Positions 24,268-29,716 of a stretch of 29,716 nucleotides of DNA are shown here, piece by piece. Position numbers and translations under genes: made by a program. Origin of the DNA: a virus. Taxonomy: Duplodnaviria; Caudoviricetes. Numbering within the stretch: position 1 is the stretch's first letter; every line of letters starts with the position of its first letter. Under the pieces are notes generated by a model. The model did no database searches. It saw only the letters and a program-made list of their open reading frames with translations, and was not told the DNA's origin. The stretch covers positions 1 to 29,716 of IMG/VR virus record IMGVR_UViG_3300032330_000381; one strand, given 5' to 3'.

Positions 24268-26702
24268 TATACCATACTCCTTCTACCTTTTTCTAACATA
24301 GCGTCAGAGATAATCTGTTGTATCACACCCTTGCGTGATACTAATAATTGATCAAAGCCTGATGTGTCATTGGCAATAATTTGAAAATTAACATTGACAT
24401 TACCACCACCACCTAAGTCTTGATTTCTTGTGATCGATCCAGTGGTGTTTGGTGTAAACAGTTCAGGACCGCTTTCACCAACAAGATATGGTTTGCCACC
24501 CATAACTGGTCCACCTAATGCACGACCACTGTATGATTGACTGCGGATCTGTGCTACCTGTGCCAATCCACCCGCCACGGCTGCTGCCGCTGCCACTAAA
24601 CCAAACGGCCAAGGATATGTGGCCAATGCTTTGGTTGCTGCCATATAGGTATTCATCAATGCGTTGGCAATGTTAAATGCTTTGGCTGCTTCAAATGCCT
24701 TTTTATTCTGTGCTCCCAGGGCTGAAAATACAGCGGCACCCTGTTCAAGTATGAACTGGCCTTTCTGCATTTCTGTTTTCTTTTCAAATTCAGCACGATC
24801 TTTGGCAATCTGCTGTATCTGTTGTTCATTGAACATTTGATTGCCAAATACATCTTGTTGTCCACGCAATGATGCGGCATAACGCTCTGCTTCACGCTGG
24901 ATCTTCATGTCATTTAATTGATTGAAGTTCTGGAACTCCTGTGACTCCAATGACATGATCTTCATCTGATAGTTTTCTGCTAACTTGGCACGCTGATCAT
25001 AATACTGTTGTTCATTGATCAGTTTATTGTCCAAGGCTGTCTGCAGTGCGTCTTGATCTTTTTGGTATTCTTTTTTTGCAGTGCCAGTTGGATCTAAGGT
25101 GCCCTGTAGACTGATAGCACGATTGATCTTTTCAACTTCAGTCTGCTTACGAGTATAATCATAGATAGCCTGTGCAACACCAAAGCGTTCTCTTTCAGCC
25201 TGTGTGGCTTTTAGTGCTATGCTCAGTCTTTCTTTTTCTCTATCAGTTAGTTGACGTCCATAATCACGTTCCATCTTGCGGATAGCCAATGCTACTTCAC
25301 GCTCATTCTTGTCCATAATGCTTAGACCTAAGCGTTCTGTGTCTAAATCTTTAAGCTGATTAGTGATGCTGACTTCAATTTCTTTGTTAATACGCTGTTC
25401 AGCGGCCTGTTTGATTAAATTGCCCTGTGCGGCCATTACTGCTTCAGTGGTAGTCTTGGCCTTTTCAGCGATGTCTTGAGCAATCTTTCTTTCTTCTGTT
25501 TCTTGTTTGGTCAAACCAAGCATGTCAGTTTGAAGATTATATCTCTTTAGATAGTCTTCAGTGGTCTGTCCAATAGCAATACCTAATAGTCTTTCAGCAT
25601 CAGCGGCACCACCGCCATTGGTTGCTGGTTGTGGAGTCTGTCTTTCAGCACGAGTATCTTTGATTGATTTTCTTAGAGTGTCAAACTCATTGCCCATGAC
25701 ATCAATAGCATCTTTGGTAACCTTACCAGTGGCTACTGCGGCTGTTAGTCCAACGATACCACCAACCAGTTTGATAATTCTGGCAGCCACACCTGCACCT
25801 GGAATAAATGCAAGAAGAATTCCTGACACAGCACTGGCAGCATCGTTGGCAGCTCTAACTAATTTTCCACCAACATAGACAGCGGCCAATATGGCCACAG
25901 CCTTGGCAATGGCTTCAACTGTGTCTATGATTTCTAATAGAATGTTTTCAAAGCCACCTGATGCATCAATGGCATCATTGATTCGTTTGATTAGATCAGT
26001 GATATATGGTGCAAGAGCAGCCACAGTCTTTTCAAGGAAAGCATTCCAAGTGGCCTTGAGATTGCCTACTTCTTTTTCAAGTTTATTGACATTGTCAAGA
26101 TCAGCTTGACTGATAGCCAAACCAAGACCTTCCAATCTCTGTTTAAATGCTTCAATGGCTGCTGGATCTTTAAATGCTTGAACAAGACGATCACCACCTT
26201 TGCCCAATAGATCCATGGCCACTGCTGAACGAATTGCTGGACTTTCAATCTTTGAAATGGCTTCAGCAATTTTAGTCATCTGCTGATCAACTGGCAGATT
26301 CAATAGGTCTCTGGCATTTAAGCCAACAAGAGCCAATGAACGAGCAGCCGCTGAACCACCATCCATAAAGGCAGTGGTTAGGTTATTGCCCAATCTCTTG
26401 AATCCTGCTTCAACTTGATCTGCTGAAACACCAGCAGCCGCGGCTGCTTTTTCTAAGGCCTTGAGTTCATTGACACCAATACCAATGGCATCAGCGGCAT
26501 CACCGAGATTATCAAGACGGTCAAATGCCACTACCAATGCCGCAGTGGCAGCACCAGCGGCCGCTGTTAAAACAGCCAGGGCTTTGCCAACTGCATTGGT
26601 AGTTTTGTCCAGCCCATTTAGGGCCATGCTGAGTTTGTCTATTTCACGTTCAGCACTGGAAGCATCCGCGGTAATTTTTATCTTGGTTTCTGTTGTGGCC
26701 AC
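24267..26702 (-). CDS. Tail tape measure protein
   Basis: 811 aa, Ala-rich and helical with hydrophobic segments; C-terminal RALGGPV...YLVGESGPELFTP motif; GTG start overlaps the chaperone-extension stop. Confidence 0.92.
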   Translation of the reverse strand: MATTETKIKITADASSAEREIDKLSMALNGLDKTTNAVGKALAVLTAAAGAATAALVVAFDRLDNLGDAADAIGIGVNELKALEKAAAAAGVSADQVEAGFKRLGNNLTTAFMDGGSAAARSLALVGLNARDLLNLPVDQQMTKIAEAISKIESPAIRSAVAMDLLGKGGDRLVQAFKDPAAIEAFKQRLEGLGLAISQADLDNVNKLEKEVGNLKATWNAFLEKTVAALAPYITDLIKRINDAIDASGGFENILLEIIDTVEAIAKAVAILAAVYVGGKLVRAANDAASAVSGILLAFIPGAGVAARIIKLVGGIVGLTAAVATGKVTKDAIDVMGNEFDTLRKSIKDTRAERQTPQPATNGGGAADAERLLGIAIGQTTEDYLKRYNLQTDMLGLTKQETEERKIAQDIAEKAKTTTEAVMAAQGNLIKQAAEQRINKEIEVSITNQLKDLDTERLGLSIMDKNEREVALAIRKMERDYGRQLTDREKERLSIALKATQAERERFGVAQAIYDYTRKQTEVEKINRAISLQGTLDPTGTAKKEYQKDQDALQTALDNKLINEQQYYDQRAKLAENYQMKIMSLESQEFQNFNQLNDMKIQREAERYAASLRGQQDVFGNQMFNEQQIQQIAKDRAEFEKKTEMQKGQFILEQGAAVFSALGAQNKKAFEAAKAFNIANALMNTYMAATKALATYPWPFGLVAAAAAVAGGLAQVAQIRSQSYSGRALGGPVMGGKPYLVGESGPELFTPNTTGSITRNQDLGGGGNVNVNFQIIANDTSGFDQLLVSRKGVIQQIISDAMLEKGRRSMV

Positions 26703-26869
26703 TATCTGCTCCTCTTTTTCATTTGCTTATCCATCTCTTTTGATTCCCAGGTATAGAATGCCGCCCATGTTTGAAATTCCGCTGTGCTCATATCAAATAC
26801 CTGCTCTAATGTTAGACCCAGATCCTTGCCTAAACGACAGGCAAACATCAAATCTGGATCCTTTATTAG
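26702..26869 (-). CDS. -1 frameshift extension of the tail assembly chaperone (gpGT-like, 55 aa)
   Basis: The -1 frame after A AAA AAC reads LIKDPDLMFACRLGKDLGLTLEQVFDMSTAEFQTWAAFYTWESKEMDKQMKKRSR* and fills the gap to the tape measure gene exactly. Confidence 0.85.
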   Translation of the reverse strand, partial: LIKDPDLMFACRLGKDLGLTLEQVFDMSTAEFQTWAAFYTWESKEMDKQMKKRSR

Positions 26870-27216
26870 TTTTTTTCTACCTTCTCCATATCAGTTTCTT
26901 CATCGCTGGCAGAATTAATCTCACCAACAACACGAATAATGATATTTGGATCTACTTCATTCATCAATGTCACTTTGTCTGGCATAGAAAACATCTTAGT
27001 GCCATCTTCATTGCGAGCCTTGACGATAAGACTTTCAACGAGTGCTTCTACTTGTTTTCCTTGACTGGCCAATTCAATCAATTTACTTTGATCTCTCAAG
27101 GTAATTGCTGCCTTGAACCAAATCTTTGTGTCCCATTCAGGAACATATACAGATTTCATTTCTGCTGAAATCTTTGTTCTGAAGTGACTGGTTGCTTTGT
27201 CTAATACTTTACTCAT
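26866..27216 (-). CDS. Tail assembly chaperone (gpG-like)
   Basis: Lies between tail tube and tape measure genes; VYVPEWD motif; ends in slippery GAA AAA AAC TAA. Confidence 0.85.
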   Translation of the reverse strand: MSKVLDKATSHFRTKISAEMKSVYVPEWDTKIWFKAAITLRDQSKLIELASQGKQVEALVESLIVKARNEDGTKMFSMPDKVTLMNEVDPNIIIRVVGEINSASDEETDMEKVEKN

Positions 27217-27515
27217 TTTATTTTTCCTTTAACAGAAGTTAGCGTGGGCCCAATAATGCCACGAGGGGCTTGTTTTGATTTTACATATGGTTTTTCAAGG
27301 TAGCCTACATAAGGCACTGAGTTTACTGCGGCTAAATCCCTTCCAGGACTTCCTGCTTTTTCCCATCCAGCGGCAGCACGACCTGTTCGCTTGGGTGTAA
27401 ACTTTGGTGCCTCTTCAAGGACCATATCTACTACTCGCTCCTCAAAGGCGTGAATATCTTTTCTAATGCTCTGCATTGTTTCTGATATTCCACGCACTTC
27501 TATCTTAAGGTTCAT
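27213..27515 (-). CDS. Tail completion / neck protein (HK97 gp10-like)
   Basis: TPKRTGRAAAGW...NSVPYVGYLE...SKQAPRGII pattern. Confidence 0.75.
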   Translation of the reverse strand: MNLKIEVRGISETMQSIRKDIHAFEERVVDMVLEEAPKFTPKRTGRAAAGWEKAGSPGRDLAAVNSVPYVGYLEKPYVKSKQAPRGIIGPTLTSVKGKIK

Positions 27516-27937
27516 TATACAGCAGTTGTTGAATAGGTTGTTCCACCAGTTCCTTGGAAGGAAATTGAAGCTTCTACCATACCATCCATTGAACTATTAA
27601 CTGTATAACCAGTTACGATCACACTACCTTGGAAAGCATAATCGCTGGTTCCAGAATAGTTTTCTGCAATATACAATTTAACTGCAACACCTGAAGCACC
27701 AACCAATCCAGCAGTAGGATTGAATGTTGATTCATAGGTATCAAAGTCAGCGGCGTCAAAATATACATCTGCTGAACCTGTGAATGAACTCAGACCAGTG
27801 ATATATGTTCTAACATCTACGCCCATTGTAGTTGTTTCAATTGTGTCTGCAGCCATCTCTACTGAGAAGTTGCGAACTGCGGCAACACTATTACCATTTA
27901 AGGTAATCGCACCGTTATTTCCTGTAATTGTAGCCAT
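27515..27937 (-). CDS. Major tail tube protein, copy 2
   Basis: VRNFSVE..DTIETTTMG...GLSSFTGSADVYFD...DGMVEASISFQGTG; AGGAG SD. Confidence 0.88.
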   Translation of the reverse strand: MATITGNNGAITLNGNSVAAVRNFSVEMAADTIETTTMGVDVRTYITGLSSFTGSADVYFDAADFDTYESTFNPTAGLVGASGVAVKLYIAENYSGTSDYAFQGSVIVTGYTVNSSMDGMVEASISFQGTGGTTYSTTAV

Positions 27938-27950
27938 CGTTGTCTCCTAA

Positions 27951-28376
27951 TTAGGCTGTGTATGTGCAAGCACCACTACCTTGGAAACTGATAGATGCTT
28001 CTACCATGCCGTCCATTGTGCTGTTTACTGTAAAGCCAGTGATGATAACTTCACCTGAGAACTTGCCTGCTGTATCAGCAAGATAAAGTTCAACAGTCAA
28101 AGTTGATTGACCTACTGTGCCTGAAGTTGGATTTAATATTGCATGAGTAGCAATAGTTCCTGTCGAACTTGCTGGATCAAAATAGATATCAGCTGATCCA
28201 CTCCATGAACTTAATCCGTTCAAGTATGTTCTTACATCCACACCCATTGTGGTTGTTTCAATAGTATCACGAGTGAGTTCTACTGAAAAGTTGCGGACAT
28301 TGGCGATGGTTGCTACTGAACCACCTACTGATGCGTCTAATTTTACGACGCCGTTGTTACCTGTTAATATGGCCAT
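27951..28376 (-). CDS. Major tail tube protein, copy 1
   Basis: VRNFSVE..DTIETTTMG...GLSSWSGSADIYFD...DGMVEASISFQGSG; AAGGAG SD. Confidence 0.88.
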   Translation of the reverse strand: MAILTGNNGVVKLDASVGGSVATIANVRNFSVELTRDTIETTTMGVDVRTYLNGLSSWSGSADIYFDPASSTGTIATHAILNPTSGTVGQSTLTVELYLADTAGKFSGEVIITGFTVNSTMDGMVEASISFQGSGACTYTA

Positions 28377-28591
28377 TATTCGTCTCCTTGTATGTTAATA
28401 TTGGCTTCTTCTACGGCTGTTACGGTCGCCTTAGACTTCACCGGGGGCTTGAGACGAATAACCTCTTCTCCTGCCTGTTCTTTCACAGCGGGTTTGGCAC
28501 CAACTTCTTGCCATCCTGCTGATTTCATTAATTCTAATTCTTCAGGCTGACAAACTCGTGTCATACCTTTCTTAGTTAAATGTATTTTCAT
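28376..28591 (-). CDS. Small hypothetical virion-module protein (71 aa)
   Basis: TAATG overlaps at both ends. Confidence 0.7.
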   Translation of the reverse strand: MKIHLTKKGMTRVCQPEELELMKSAGWQEVGAKPAVKEQAGEEVIRLKPPVKSKATVTAVEEANINIQGDE

Positions 28592-29037
28592 TATGTTGCG
28601 GCCCTCAAATAATTGTATCTAATACGGAATGAAATTGTAAACTCTGCCAATGGTGGTTGACGTTCAACGATTTCAATGGCCGTAACCTGGCTGTCTAAAA
28701 CACCTGATGACACAAGACTGCGATAGCGATCACTTTCTAATGCTTCTTCAATGCGTTCTATTAGATCATTACGGCGACTGTCAAGTTCAACACCACGAAC
28801 AAATCCACGAATGGTCATGGTCAGTGTTCCCATACGACGACCAGTGCCAGTAACGCCCATGGTCACTGTTTCGCGTTCTTCAACTGTTGGTGTAATTAGT
28901 ATGGCTGGAAATTGTGTTATGGCTAATTCTTGGACAACAAATGGCTCTCGTGTGACCAATACTGGAGTGGGATCCTCCATGTTCTTTAACACAGTGACAA
29001 TGTTATCTGCGATCTGTTCACGTAGATTCTGCGCCAT
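28591..29037 (-). CDS. Tail terminator protein
   Basis: LREQIADNIVTVL, FPAILI and LIERIEEAL patterns; position before the tail tube genes. Confidence 0.75.
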   Translation of the reverse strand: MAQNLREQIADNIVTVLKNMEDPTPVLVTREPFVVQELAITQFPAILITPTVEERETVTMGVTGTGRRMGTLTMTIRGFVRGVELDSRRNDLIERIEEALESDRYRSLVSSGVLDSQVTAIEIVERQPPLAEFTISFRIRYNYLRAAT

Positions 29038-29038
29038 A

Positions 29039-29476
29039 TTAACGCACCAATCTTAAACTTTGAACTGATTTAGTTTCGTCACTTTCATAACTGGCATCAC
29101 CATCAATATCATAACGAACACCTTCACGCAGGATCAAATCAAACTCATGTTCAAAGCGACCTTGATAGTAGTTCATCATTGTTTGAAACTTGTCTGGTTC
29201 GCCACCTGAGAACTGTGTGAGCTTAGGACAGATATGATAGGCTAATGCGTGGTAGACAGTGGCATAGGTAAATTGTGTAGGATCTATTTTGGCTGTATCA
29301 AGATCTGTGTTGCTGATAGTGGGATGTGCTTTTTGGTATGCCTGATACCAACGGACTTTGAGAACTCTATTGACTTCTATTTCACTACGAGCAAGTTCTG
29401 AATCCCAATCAAGGTGTCCATATTCTTGTATTGTTGGTTCAACCTCAATGAGGTCAGCAAGTGTAGCGTAAGCCAT
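29039..29476 (-). CDS. Head-tail adaptor protein
   Basis: MAYATLADL start, helical 145-aa protein ending LRLVR; first structural gene after the capsid gene on the circular map once the early operon is skipped. Confidence 0.75.
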   Translation of the reverse strand: MAYATLADLIEVEPTIQEYGHLDWDSELARSEIEVNRVLKVRWYQAYQKAHPTISNTDLDTAKIDPTQFTYATVYHALAYHICPKLTQFSGGEPDKFQTMMNYYQGRFEHEFDLILREGVRYDIDGDASYESDETKSVQSLRLVR

Positions 29477-29480
29477 AGCG

Positions 29481-29524
29481 TCAAGTCCTTCTTGATTAAT
29501 TGTGATGCAGGAGTCCTTCTCCTG
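29481..29524 (-). promoter_or_regulatory. Two leader hairpins with identical AAGGA loops, one carrying the SD
   Basis: CAGGAG-AAGGA-CUCCUG (29524-29508) and UCAAG-AAGGA-CUUGA (29495-29481), between the TAAATA box (29531-29536) and ATG 29476. Confidence 0.6.
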
Positions 29525-29544
29525 ATGATGTATTTAGTTCAGCC

Positions 29545-29577
29545 AAAAAGAAAGGCTTTTATATTGCTATAAAAGCC
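29545..29577 (-). terminator. Intrinsic terminator ending the early operon
   Basis: GGCTTTTATA-GCAA-TATAAAAGCC (10-bp perfect stem) followed by TTTCTTTTT on the minus strand. Confidence 0.8.
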
Positions 29578-29593
29578 CTTGAAAAATCTTTAT

Positions 29594-29716
29594 AAGATTT
29601 TATCTAAGGTTTGGAGAACCTGTAATGCCACCGTAGGTCGAATACTGTGACACAGTTATTTATTTTGATGTTCTAATAACTGCTGAAGGATAGATGCCAC
29701 CTGAACTACGGGGAAC
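29594..29716. repeat. Direct terminal repeat, right copy
   Basis: Identical to 1-123. Confidence 0.95.

Noticed and set aside
26461-27168. 235-aa plus-strand ORF and the other plus-strand ORFs in the track
   Set aside because: They lie antisense to well-supported minus-strand genes and show no recognisable motifs; they look like shadow ORFs.
1-29716. Stop-codon reassignment
   Set aside because: Long genes are intact in the standard code, and TAA, TAG and TGA all end genes at tight junctions.

Overview
The window looks like a complete, circularly assembled tailed-phage genome of 29,593 bp: bases 1-123 are repeated exactly at 29594-29716. Every credible gene is on the minus strand. It has a siphovirus-type tail module (adaptor, terminator, two paralogous tail tube genes, -1 frameshifted chaperone, tape measure, Dit, hub, tail tip), a head module (TerS, TerL, portal, scaffold, major capsid), a second fibre cassette placed in front of the terminase, a short replication/regulation block around a stand-alone PolA-superfamily (TV-Pol-like) polymerase, and a sigma70-driven operon of tiny early genes. 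The strongest unexplained signal is a T4-late-promoter-like box (TATAAATA, core TAAATA) just upstream of most transcription units. I recognise no sigma factor, helicase, lysis cassette, integrase or repressor. My leading hypothesis, which is inference only, is a fully virion-encoding phage that borrows late transcription and perhaps lysis from a co-infecting T4-like or large phage. A structured ~145-nt non-coding RNA, an iteron-like repeat with hairpins inside the polymerase gene, and paired AAGGA-loop hairpins also merit follow-up. All family assignments come from motif recognition by eye, not from database searches.
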